Source of the DNA: Acinetobacter wanghuae
GTDB lineage: Bacteria > Pseudomonadota > Gammaproteobacteria > Pseudomonadales > Moraxellaceae
NCBI RefSeq assembly: GCF_009557235.1
Contig: NZ_CP045650.1
Span: 1,440,001 to 1,472,000, forward strand
Reading direction: 5' to 3'
Length of the DNA: 32,000 nucleotides
Below, one piece after another: positions 17,530 through 25,875 of this stretch. The notes below the pieces were generated by a model. It made no database searches, was not told the origin of the DNA, and saw nothing but the letters and a program-made list of their open reading frames with translations. Made by a program: the position numbers and the translations under genes. Numbering within the stretch: the first letter of the stretch is position 1; every line of letters begins with the position of its first letter.

Positions 17530-18647
17530 TTTGGCATTAACTCTTTAAATTTGGCGATATATTTTTGTGCGACTTCGTTGGCTTCAAGCTTTTGTTGTCC
17601 AATCAGTTTAAGCGCACGAATGTGTAAGGCGTGAATGACAATCCAAAAGTCCTTAAAAGCAGGATTATTGGTTTGCTTATGATAATAACGATAATAAATT
17701 TGCTGTGCGATGACGGCTAAGCGGAAAACACCAAACACTTCATAGAAAGTCCAATTTGAAGGATTCAAACCTGTTTTCTCAAGATAATAATCCACAACTT
17801 CTTTACGCGTGAACATGCCTTTTAAATGGGTGGGTTGACGACGTGTCGCTTTAAAAATCGCGTTGTCGCTCTCTTCGACCCAATACGCAAGTGCTGAACC
17901 TAAATCCATCAGTGGATCACCCAAAGTCGCCATTTCCCAGTCCAATACACCAATGACTTGAGTCGAATGGTTTGGATCTAAGATGATATTGTCAAAACGC
18001 CAATCATTATGAATAATGCAGGTTTTTGAGTCAGCAGGAATATGTTCTTTGAGCCAATTTCGGACGTATTTAAAGGATGGTACATTGATGGTCTTGGCTT
18101 TATCAAAACGTGCATCCCAACCTTCGACTTGACGCTGGCAATAGCCTCCACCTTTACCGAGTTTCTCTAAATCTGTGCCTTCATAAGGCACTTGGTGTAA
18201 CTCAATAAGTTTATCGAGAACATTGGTACACAACTCACGCACTTGTGTTTCATTAAAATTAAGTTCTCTTGGTAAATTTGCTCGTGGAATAATCCCTTCA
18301 ATGCGTTTCATGACGTAAAAGTCACAACCGATGATAGATTCATCCTGACAGAGTAATACCATTTCAGGTACGACAGGATAAAAATCAGCAAGCGTTCGCT
18401 GTACATGGTATTCACGTGCCATATCATGTGCTGACTTGGCTTTTGTGCCTTTTGGTGGACGACGCAAAATATAATCGGCATTTTCATACTTTAAACGATA
18501 GGTCCAATTTGAAGCACCACCTGAATATTGAGTGACTTCGACTGGTCCTGAAATTTCTTCGCCGTGTTCAATCAACCAATTACCAACTGCACGAACATCG
18601 AGTTCTTCACCCTCACGTACCGATCCACCAAGATCAATCACTGACAT
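17526..18647 (-). CDS. APH-like phosphotransferase family protein (ACAD10/11 N-terminal kinase-like)
   Basis: The catalytic loop IIHNDWRFDNIILD and metal-binding VLDWEMATLGDP are present. The N-terminal YSGGASNWTYRL resembles the nucleotide-lobe motif of ACAD10/11 kinase domains. Confidence 0.8.
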   Translation of the reverse strand: MSVIDLGGSVREGEELDVRAVGNWLIEHGEEISGPVEVTQYSGGASNWTYRLKYENADYILRRPPKGTKAKSAHDMAREYHVQRTLADFYPVVPEMVLLCQDESIIGCDFYVMKRIEGIIPRANLPRELNFNETQVRELCTNVLDKLIELHQVPYEGTDLEKLGKGGGYCQRQVEGWDARFDKAKTINVPSFKYVRNWLKEHIPADSKTCIIHNDWRFDNIILDPNHSTQVIGVLDWEMATLGDPLMDLGSALAYWVEESDNAIFKATRRQPTHLKGMFTRKEVVDYYLEKTGLNPSNWTFYEVFGVFRLAVIAQQIYYRYYHKQTNNPAFKDFWIVIHALHIRALKLIGQQKLEANEVAQKYIAKFKELMPK

Positions 18648-18757
18648 GCTGTTCTTCCTAAATCTTATAAATTATTTAATCTTTTCAATTCTGTACTATC
18701 TAAGTTTATAACATGGCAAATCCTGACTTGCCATGCGTATACGTATATGACTCAATC

Positions 18758-20002
18758 TTATTTTTGACGACGTGTGCTGTAGCCTCGTTTTGCCAATTCT
18801 ATTTTTGCAATCATGCCTTTATGCACTTCATCAGGACCATCCGCTAAACGTAAGGCACGTGCTTGAGCAAAGAAACCTGTCAGTGGTGTGTCGCGTGAAA
18901 CCCCTGCACCACCATGAATTTGAATAGCCATATCGACTACTTTTTCAAGCACACTTGGTGCAACGACTTTAATGGCTGAAATTTCGGCTAAGGCAGCCAT
19001 ATTGCCGAAGGTATCCATTTTATATGCTGCATACAATGTCAATAAACGTGCTTGATCAATTGCAACACGTGCTTCTGCAACACGTTCTAAGTTACCACCC
19101 AGTTTCAGGATTTCTTTGCCAAATGCAGTACGACTCATCCCACGGTCAATCATCAGTTCTAAGGATTTTTCTGCTGCGCCAATGCAACGCATGCAATGGT
19201 GAATACGACCAGGTCCCAAACGCCCTTGGGCAATTTCAAAGCCTTGCCCTGCGCCACCAATAAAATTGCTGAGTGGTACACGGACATTGGTAAAACTCAC
19301 TTCGCCGTGGCCATGCGGTGCATCATAATCACCAAACACAGGCAGCATACGTTCAATTTTGACACCTACAGTATCGATTGGAACAAGAACCATCGAGTGT
19401 TGATGATGTCGATCTTTACTTTCGTCTGGCGTATGTGCCATAAAAATCATGATTTTGGCATTGGGATCACCTAAACCTGACGACCACCATTTACGACCAT
19501 TCAATACAATTTCATCGCCGTCGATGATCGCCGTCGCTTGCATATTCGTGGCATCACTTGATGCAACATCAGGTTCAGTCATACAAAAAACGGAACGAAT
19601 TTTTCCTTCCAATAATGGCATAAGCCACTGTTGTTTTTGCTGTTCAGTGCCATAACGCCAAAGGACTTCCATATTTCCGCTATCTGGTGCATTGCAGTTA
19701 AATACAATGGGTGCGATGAGACTACGTCCTGTTAACTCGGCAATATGTGCGTACTCTTGGACAGAGAGTCCTTGACCCAATTCAGGACAGGGTAAAAACA
19801 TATTCCAAAGCCCTGCTGCTTTGGCTGTGGCTTTTAATGTTTCAAGCGTTTCTGGCCATTGCCATGTGGTCCAATTACCACCCGAATTTTGCGCATGTAC
19901 GTCATGCCAAAATTCAGCTTCAATTGGTTCAATTTCATCATGAATAAATTTTTGAGTGCGTTCAACAAAGTCTTGTGCACGTGTTGATAATTCAAACATC
20001 AT
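18758..20002 (-). CDS. Acyl-CoA dehydrogenase family protein (ACAD10/11-like)
   Basis: It shows the layout of the ACAD fold and is 414 aa long. GLWNMFLP, CMTEPDVASSD and the C-terminal DGPDEVH motifs are present. Confidence 0.85.
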   Translation of the reverse strand: MMFELSTRAQDFVERTQKFIHDEIEPIEAEFWHDVHAQNSGGNWTTWQWPETLETLKATAKAAGLWNMFLPCPELGQGLSVQEYAHIAELTGRSLIAPIVFNCNAPDSGNMEVLWRYGTEQQKQQWLMPLLEGKIRSVFCMTEPDVASSDATNMQATAIIDGDEIVLNGRKWWSSGLGDPNAKIMIFMAHTPDESKDRHHQHSMVLVPIDTVGVKIERMLPVFGDYDAPHGHGEVSFTNVRVPLSNFIGGAGQGFEIAQGRLGPGRIHHCMRCIGAAEKSLELMIDRGMSRTAFGKEILKLGGNLERVAEARVAIDQARLLTLYAAYKMDTFGNMAALAEISAIKVVAPSVLEKVVDMAIQIHGGAGVSRDTPLTGFFAQARALRLADGPDEVHKGMIAKIELAKRGYSTRRQK

Positions 20003-20089
20003 ATGACCCTTAATATTTATATTTAATCCTTTACAGCACCATAACCTGAAATTTACTATGCATAAAATGATTATTTTTTATAAAGTACT

Positions 20090-21007
20090 ATGAATACTAT
20101 TCATGATAAAAACCTGGTAGACCTGAGCCTTTTTTACAAAATTGATATTAATTTATATCCTGTTTTTATCAGTATTTATGAACAGAAAAATATCTCAAAA
20201 GCAGCGCAAATACTAAATGTGAGCCAGTCGGCTGCAAGTCATGCCTTAAATCGTTTGAGACATCTTTTACAAGATCAATTATTTATTCGATCTGGGCATC
20301 AGATGGTAGCAACCCCTTTCGCTGAACAGATCTATCCTCAAGTGGTTCAGGCACTAAGAGCTTTACAACAGATTTCTATTCCGCAGCAAACTTTTGATCC
20401 TCATCAAATTAAACAATTGCGTATTGCGGTACATGATGAAATTGAACCGATGATTTTCCCCCAATTGGTTCAACACTTTCATTCACTTCATTTAGATATC
20501 GAATTAATCAGTGCCAAATTAGATCGTAAAAATATGCTTGCTGAACTGTGTACACAGCAAATTGATTTTGTGATCGATTTAGAAAATATGGTGAGTGATC
20601 AATTACAGTTTGATGCACTCATTCAAGATCGTTTTGTGGTCTGTACACAACAAAAAGACATGAATCAGCAAATTTATTTTTCTTCATCGCATATTGGGGT
20701 TTCATCTCGGCGTACAGGTGTATTGGTCGAAGATGTCTATTTGCAGCGTAAACAACTGAATCGAAATATTTTTTTACGTTGCCAACATTATTCAACCGCC
20801 CTGCAAATTTTGCAGCACTATCCAGAAGCGATTTTAACTGTGCCAAAGAGTGTAATTCAGTATCTACCTCTAGCTAAAAAGCTCAATATTTTTGAAGTTC
20901 CTGTTGAACTGCCTATCTTAAGTCTAGGAATGTATTGGTTGAGAGATTTAAAATTAAATAAAAGACATGATTTTTTGCGAAGCGAAATTTATAAAATTTT
21001 TGCTTAG
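20090..21007 (+). CDS. LysR family transcriptional regulator
   Basis: The N-terminal HTH ISKAAQILNVSQSAASHALNRLR is present. Length is about 300 aa. It is divergent from the ACAD operon. Confidence 0.85.
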   Translation: MNTIHDKNLVDLSLFYKIDINLYPVFISIYEQKNISKAAQILNVSQSAASHALNRLRHLLQDQLFIRSGHQMVATPFAEQIYPQVVQALRALQQISIPQQTFDPHQIKQLRIAVHDEIEPMIFPQLVQHFHSLHLDIELISAKLDRKNMLAELCTQQIDFVIDLENMVSDQLQFDALIQDRFVVCTQQKDMNQQIYFSSSHIGVSSRRTGVLVEDVYLQRKQLNRNIFLRCQHYSTALQILQHYPEAILTVPKSVIQYLPLAKKLNIFEVPVELPILSLGMYWLRDLKLNKRHDFLRSEIYKIFA

Positions 21008-21016
21008 GCTATTTTA
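21002..21016 (+). repeat. Short intergenic motif, copy A (GCTTAGGCTATTTTA)
   Basis: An exact 14-nt match to copy B lies 31 nt downstream. It overlaps the LysR stop codon. Confidence 0.6.
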
Positions 21017-21033
21017 ATGATGGTAGTTTCCCA

Positions 21034-21047
21034 CTTAGGCTATTTTA
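21034..21047 (+). repeat. Short intergenic motif, copy B (CTTAGGCTATTTTA)
   Basis: Exact direct repeat of 21003-21016. Confidence 0.6.
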
Positions 21048-21185
21048 TACGGACGATTTGACACCAATTGTTGCTTTAATCTACAAATACGGTGTATCCG
21101 CTGATTTAATAACCGCTGTGGTTTAAGGATGTCATTTAAAATTTGATCACTCTTTTTTGTTCAATATTTTGGACAGTGATCTTTT

Positions 21186-21734
21186 ATGCTTACACTCCCG
21201 CTTGCTGCAAAAATCATTTTGGTTTTGGCGGCTATTGTTCTTGTTTTTTATGTCGTCAATAAAATCACGGTATTTTTAAGAGATTTATTTAAGCCCTTTA
21301 AAAAAGGTAAAAAATATTGGTGCCGCGTGAAAGCAGTTAGTGACGGTGATACCCTCACCTGCTACCGATTTAATGTACGTCGCTCTGAAACCAAGCTTCG
21401 TTTTGCCTATGTTGATGCCCCTGAATCGAGCCAAGCTTACGGTAAAGAATCACAAAAAATGGTGAGCAAATTAATTGGTGGCAAACTTATTCGGGTACAC
21501 ATTACCGATATTGATCGTTATGGTCGCTGTGTAGGTGTGATTTATCGCTTTGGTACAAATATCAATGAAGAAATGGTCAAACGTGGTGCTGCGTGGGTCT
21601 ATGAAGATTACATCAAAGATGCCAATCGCTTGAAATATATGATGGGACTACAAGAAAAAGCCAAGAAACAGAAAAAAGGTTTATGGCATGGCACTAAACC
21701 CATGCGTCCAAGCACTTATCGAAAACAGAAATAG
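21186..21734 (+). CDS. Thermonuclease (staphylococcal nuclease) family protein with an N-terminal membrane anchor
   Basis: The N-terminal hydrophobic helix is LPLAAKIILVLAAIVLVFYVV. SNase motifs VSDGDT, RFAYVDAPE, DRYGRCVG and GAAWVY are present. Confidence 0.8.
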   Translation: MLTLPLAAKIILVLAAIVLVFYVVNKITVFLRDLFKPFKKGKKYWCRVKAVSDGDTLTCYRFNVRRSETKLRFAYVDAPESSQAYGKESQKMVSKLIGGKLIRVHITDIDRYGRCVGVIYRFGTNINEEMVKRGAAWVYEDYIKDANRLKYMMGLQEKAKKQKKGLWHGTKPMRPSTYRKQK

Positions 21735-21839
21735 ATTGCTCTACATATTTTAAGCTATTGATCCACAAGCCGTTACATAATTTTATATGTGTGCTTATTG
21801 ATCAATTTAACGCTTAGGCGTATCTTTAGCACATTATAG

Positions 21840-21852
21840 TTAACCTGGTTAA
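21840..21852. promoter_or_regulatory. Palindrome TTAACC-T-GGTTAA, candidate MarR operator
   Basis: A perfect 6+1+6 palindrome ends 6 nt upstream of the TTG start at 21859 (12 nt upstream of the ATG at 21865) of the MarR gene. Confidence 0.35.
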
Positions 21853-21858
21853 TTAGTT

Positions 21859-22299
21859 TTGGATATGTCCTCCCGGTTTCGTTTCACATTATTGCGCTGT
21901 GCACGCTTAATGAGTGATGAAATTAATACCGTTTTACTCCCCCATCAACTCAACTACTCACTTTGGCAAACCTTGGTCATTCTTCATCTAAATAAAGATT
22001 GTACTGCACTCGATATTGCCAAAGAGCTGTCGATTTCAAAGCCCGCTGTGACCAAAAGATTAAATCATTTAACTGATTTGGGCTGTATTCAACAGATTCC
22101 ATTGCCAGATAAGCGTCAAAAACAACTGAGCCTATCTGAATTTGGTGAGCAGCTCTTTCAAGAGTGTTCACAAGAGATCGACGATTTAGAAGTTGAGCTG
22201 TTAAAGCCATTTGATCGGTCTGAACTGAAGCAAAGCCATCAATTTATTTCGCAACTGTTAAATTCACTTCAACACAGAAAGGAGCCTATCCATGAATGA
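21859..22299 (+). CDS. MarR family transcriptional regulator
   Basis: The winged-HTH segment is DIAKELSISKPAVTKRLNHLTDLGCI...DKRQK. The start is either TTG 21859 or ATG 21865. It overlaps the MFS start by 8 nt. Confidence 0.8.
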   Translation: MDMSSRFRFTLLRCARLMSDEINTVLLPHQLNYSLWQTLVILHLNKDCTALDIAKELSISKPAVTKRLNHLTDLGCIQQIPLPDKRQKQLSLSEFGEQLFQECSQEIDDLEVELLKPFDRSELKQSHQFISQLLNSLQHRKEPIHE

Positions 22300-23494
22300 G
22301 CAGCAACCTGCATTATGGACGCGTAATTTTATTCTGGTCAGTTTGATGAATTTCCAATTGGTGTTGGTTTTTTATCTGTTGGTTGTGGTGATTGTCGGTT
22401 ATGTAGTGGCAGAACTGCATGCTTCTACGGCGCAAGCGGGCTTGGTTTCAGGTTTATTTATTGTCGGCACACTGATTGGTCGTTTACTGGTCGGTAAATT
22501 TCTGAATCGTTTTGGTCGTAAAACCACACTTATTGTTGGTTTAAGCGGCTTTTTGATTTTCTCAGGCTTATATTTTATTCATATGAGCGTTGGCGCATTA
22601 CTGTTTGTCCGTTTTTTCCATGGCTTTATGATGGGCGTGGCATCGACGGTACTCGGTACAGTCATTGCACAGATTTTACCGCCAAAACGTCGTGGTGAAG
22701 GGATTGGCTATTACAGTATGAGTAGCACGTTAGGGACAGCCATTGGACCATTCTTAGCGATTTGGATGATGCTACATGTCGGCTATACTGCCATTTTCAC
22801 CCTTTCAACGCTTGTTTCAATCAGTTGTCTTCTTGTCGCGTTTATGGTGAATATTCCCAATAGTTTACAAGGCAATAAAAATTCTCAACCCACCACTACT
22901 AGCAATAAGCCGAGTTTCATTTCACATTTCATTGAAATAAAAGCACTTCCGATTGCACTAATTATGCTTTTTGCATCCATCTGCTATTCAGGTGTACTGT
23001 CTTTCGTCAACTTTTATGCCAAAGAAATTGATTTGGTTCAGGCAGCATCTTTATTCTTTTTAATGTATGCAATTGCGATTTTATGTTCTCGTCCATTTAC
23101 CGGTCCATTGATGGATCGTAAAGGCGAAAATATCATTATGTACCCTGCTTTTTTGGTCATGGCGATTGCGTTATATCTGTTAAGCCAAGCAGAAAGTTCC
23201 ACGATGTTACTCATCTGCGCTGCTTTATTGGGACTCGGTTATGGCAATGTGCAATCTGTATGTCAAACGGTTGCAGTGAAAAGTACCACGCTAGACCGCA
23301 TGGGATTTGCGACATCTACCTTCTTTATTTTCCTTGATGCCGGTCTTGGTTTTGGACCTTACTTTATTGGAATGGCATTAGACTTTATTGATTATCGCCA
23401 GTTGTATATGTACAGCGCGATTGCATCCCTCATCTGTATTGGATTGTATTACGTCTTACATGGACGACATGCCACACAGAAAATAACTGCATAA
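22292..23494 (+). CDS. MFS transporter (12-TMS type), probably an efflux pump controlled by the adjacent MarR
   Basis: Twelve hydrophobic segments and the GRLLVGKFLNRFGRK loop motif are present. It is translationally coupled to the MarR gene. Confidence 0.85.
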   Translation: MNEQQPALWTRNFILVSLMNFQLVLVFYLLVVVIVGYVVAELHASTAQAGLVSGLFIVGTLIGRLLVGKFLNRFGRKTTLIVGLSGFLIFSGLYFIHMSVGALLFVRFFHGFMMGVASTVLGTVIAQILPPKRRGEGIGYYSMSSTLGTAIGPFLAIWMMLHVGYTAIFTLSTLVSISCLLVAFMVNIPNSLQGNKNSQPTTTSNKPSFISHFIEIKALPIALIMLFASICYSGVLSFVNFYAKEIDLVQAASLFFLMYAIAILCSRPFTGPLMDRKGENIIMYPAFLVMAIALYLLSQAESSTMLLICAALLGLGYGNVQSVCQTVAVKSTTLDRMGFATSTFFIFLDAGLGFGPYFIGMALDFIDYRQLYMYSAIASLICIGLYYVLHGRHATQKITA

Positions 23495-23495
23495 T

Positions 23496-23524
23496 AAAAA
23501 AGCGCCCATCAAGGCGCTTTTTTA
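23496..23524. terminator. Bidirectional intrinsic terminator
   Basis: AAAAA precedes AGCGCC (23501-23506), a loop and GGCGCT (23513-23518), followed by TTTTTT. It lies between the convergent MFS and alkM genes. Confidence 0.85.
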
Positions 23525-23526
23525 AT

Positions 23527-24732
23527 TTAGGATGCAATCCCATATTTTTGGTAAATTTCTTCTCGTTTTGCCGGATGAATATTGGCACGTGTTAAGTCAC
23601 CCTTGTAATGTGCAACAACACGTTTATCCATCATTTTATACCATAACGGTGGGATTAATGCCGGAATCAACATGGTCGCATAACCACTCGGTAATACGGG
23701 TGCTTCTTTAAAGTTACGCAGTGCTTGAAATGGTCGGCTCGGAAACGCATGATGATCGGAATGACGTTGCAACTGATATAAAAATAGATTGGTCACAATA
23801 TTGTTATTGTTCCAACTATGCTCAGGCAAAGTACGTTCGTACTTTCCATCCGCCTTTAGCGTACGCTTTAAGCCATAATGTTCAATATAGTTAATAATTT
23901 CAAACAAAGAAATGCCGTAAAAAGCTTGGGTAATGGTGTAAGGAATGACCTTCTTGCCATACGTTTTGAGCATCAAAGTATGATACGCCGCACTCATACC
24001 CCAACCATGGAATAATTCATTTTCCTTCACAAAGAAGCCTAAACCTTTACGTTTCAGACGGCGTTGTTCAATCTCAATGGCAGATTTAATGCCCCCAAAA
24101 ACGGTACGCGGCCAAAATTTATAGAAGGATTCACCCATTTGTGAAGATGCTGGATCTTCTGGTGTCGCCACACGTTTATGATGTCCATAAGGATGTTCGA
24201 CCCTGAAATGGTTATACACCAATGGCATAAGCGTAGCATGAGACCAATAATGATCTTTTTTCTGCGGTCGATGACTGAGTTCATGTGCGGTATTGACTGC
24301 AACACCATTGATTGCGCCCATCGAAATACCCAATAGAACTTGATCGAATAAAGAGACCTCTTTACGTGTCACCACATAGCCTGCAAATGCGTTGGCTGCC
24401 ATTTGTAGTGGAATAAACATTTTGACGATACGATCATAATAAGGATCATCAACTAAAACTTTGATCTCATCATCGCTTGGATTATTTTCATCATCACCGA
24501 CCAAGGCATCCAATGTTGGAATAACCACGTGTAGTAATAATGGTCCACCCAAAGCAAAGAGTTTTTTGGTGGCTTTCGGACCAAAATGATAGCCTGCCAA
24601 AATACCCATACCAATCACGGGTAAGCCGGGGCTCAGTAACCAACCAAAGCGTTTTTTATCAATCTTCGCGCCTTGCATACGTGCAGCATCCGGCTGCATT
24701 CCAAGTTTTGTTATTTGTGCAGGAGCATTCAT
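23527..24732 (-). CDS. alkM: Alkane 1-monooxygenase (integral-membrane di-iron AlkB family)
   Basis: His boxes HELSHR, EHPYGHH and LQRHSDHHA are present, plus NYIEHYGL. It is divergent from an AraC-type regulator, as in the Acinetobacter alkR-alkM arrangement. Confidence 0.9.
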   Translation of the reverse strand: MNAPAQITKLGMQPDAARMQGAKIDKKRFGWLLSPGLPVIGMGILAGYHFGPKATKKLFALGGPLLLHVVIPTLDALVGDDENNPSDDEIKVLVDDPYYDRIVKMFIPLQMAANAFAGYVVTRKEVSLFDQVLLGISMGAINGVAVNTAHELSHRPQKKDHYWSHATLMPLVYNHFRVEHPYGHHKRVATPEDPASSQMGESFYKFWPRTVFGGIKSAIEIEQRRLKRKGLGFFVKENELFHGWGMSAAYHTLMLKTYGKKVIPYTITQAFYGISLFEIINYIEHYGLKRTLKADGKYERTLPEHSWNNNNIVTNLFLYQLQRHSDHHAFPSRPFQALRNFKEAPVLPSGYATMLIPALIPPLWYKMMDKRVVAHYKGDLTRANIHPAKREEIYQKYGIAS

Positions 24733-24920
24733 TGCGACCTTCCTGTTTTATGATACCCTGCAGTTATAGTTCAATATTTGGGCATGCAAAAACAGTTTTA
24801 AACGTCCAAATTAGCTATGTCAGCGTCCTTGTCACATTTGGCTTGATTCTGTCCTTTGCTGACAGATAAAAGTAGAATAGCATTGAATTTAAACACGAAA
24901 ATCAAATAAGAATTGAAGAA

Positions 24921-25856
24921 ATGGATGCCTTAAGTAAAATTTTTGATGATATTCATTTGGCAAAATCTGAATATATTTATTTAAATGCGCATCATCAATG
25001 TGCATTTCACTATGACAATGAGCCCTCGATGTTGGCTTATGTGGTACTGCATGGTCAGGCAGATTTAAAATTTGCAGAATGCGATGCCATTCCTTTAGAG
25101 CAAGGCGATTTATTTTTAGTCCCTGCAGGTAAAAGGCATCAGATTTTTTGCCCGCGTATGTCGGACTTTCAGACCTCTATTGCCATTAATGCCTTTTTTG
25201 AGAGCCACGCGCAACAAACGGTTGAGTTAAATCAGCATGATGAGCAATCTGAACGCACATTTATTCTCGCGATTCGCTCAAAGCTCGATGTCCACATGGC
25301 AAAACCCTTACTCAGTGCGCTGCCCCATTATCTTCATATCCAGCATATTTCTGATGCAACCGCACCCGAATGGTTACAAGTCGGTTTGCAATTTTTGGCT
25401 TTAGAAACCCTAAGTACGCGCCCAGGACGCGATAAAATCTTAGATCATTTGGTCAGTATTTTACTGATTGAATGCGTGCGGGATTATATTTTAAGTCTTG
25501 AGCATCATCACACTTGGCTCAGTGCGATTTCACATCCTGAGCTTTCTAATGCCTTAGCTGCAATTCATGGGCAACCTGAACAAAGTTGGACCGTCGAATC
25601 GTTGGCAGAACAATGTCACATGTCACGTTCTAAATTCGCGCAGCTTTTTACCCAAATTGTGGGCGAAACGCCACTGGCGTATTTACAGCAGCATCGCTTA
25701 CGTTTAGCGGCTCAATATTTAAGAAATGGTGGCTTTAGCGTGCAACAGATTGCCCATTGGGTTGGATATAGTTCTGAAACTGCGTTTAGCCAAAGTTTTA
25801 AAAAACAGTTTCAGATGACGCCAAGTCAATATCGGCAACAATCACATATTATTTAA
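24921..25856 (+). CDS. alkR: AraC/XylS family transcriptional regulator (AlkR-like)
   Basis: A cupin-like N-terminus and the C-terminal double HTH (VQQIAHWVGYSSETAFSQSFKKQFQMTPSQYR) are present. It is divergent from alkM. Confidence 0.8.
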   Translation: MDALSKIFDDIHLAKSEYIYLNAHHQCAFHYDNEPSMLAYVVLHGQADLKFAECDAIPLEQGDLFLVPAGKRHQIFCPRMSDFQTSIAINAFFESHAQQTVELNQHDEQSERTFILAIRSKLDVHMAKPLLSALPHYLHIQHISDATAPEWLQVGLQFLALETLSTRPGRDKILDHLVSILLIECVRDYILSLEHHHTWLSAISHPELSNALAAIHGQPEQSWTVESLAEQCHMSRSKFAQLFTQIVGETPLAYLQQHRLRLAAQYLRNGGFSVQQIAHWVGYSSETAFSQSFKKQFQMTPSQYRQQSHII

Positions 25857-25862
25857 AGATTA

Positions 25863-25875
25863 GCTTAGGCTATTT
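25863..25875 (+). repeat. Short intergenic motif, copy C (GCTTAGGCTATTT)
   Basis: A 13-nt exact match to 21002-21014. It sits in the 17-nt gap between convergent alkR and lpxB and overlaps the lpxB stop codon. Confidence 0.55.

Noticed and set aside
11743-17540. Nested ORFs 11743-11931, 12950-13138, 15332-15544, 16273-16566, 16980-17177 and 17352-17540.
   Set aside because: They are antisense or out of frame relative to better-supported genes, and their composition is typical of shadow ORFs.
19024-19947. Four plus-strand ORFs (19024-19263, 19196-19474, 19449-19655, 19747-19947) inside the acyl-CoA dehydrogenase gene.
   Set aside because: They are antisense to a strongly supported CDS and overlap one another. 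They have no RBS and low-complexity or odd composition, which marks them as typical shadow ORFs.
20062-20081. ATAAAA-N8-TTTTAT palindrome upstream of the LysR gene, considered as a LysR T-N11-A box.
   Set aside because: It consists purely of A/T, so chance occurrence in AT-rich DNA is high. It sits about 9 nt from the start codon, where an RBS is expected. I kept it only as a remark.
24540-24869. A 109-aa plus-strand ORF spanning the alkM 5' end and the alkM-alkR intergenic region.
   Set aside because: It is mostly antisense to the alkM N-terminus, with no RBS and no motif. The intergenic part is better explained as promoter and operator DNA. The nested ORFs at 20619-20846, 21977-22210, 24054-24308, 26410-26625 and 27777-27977 were dismissed likewise.
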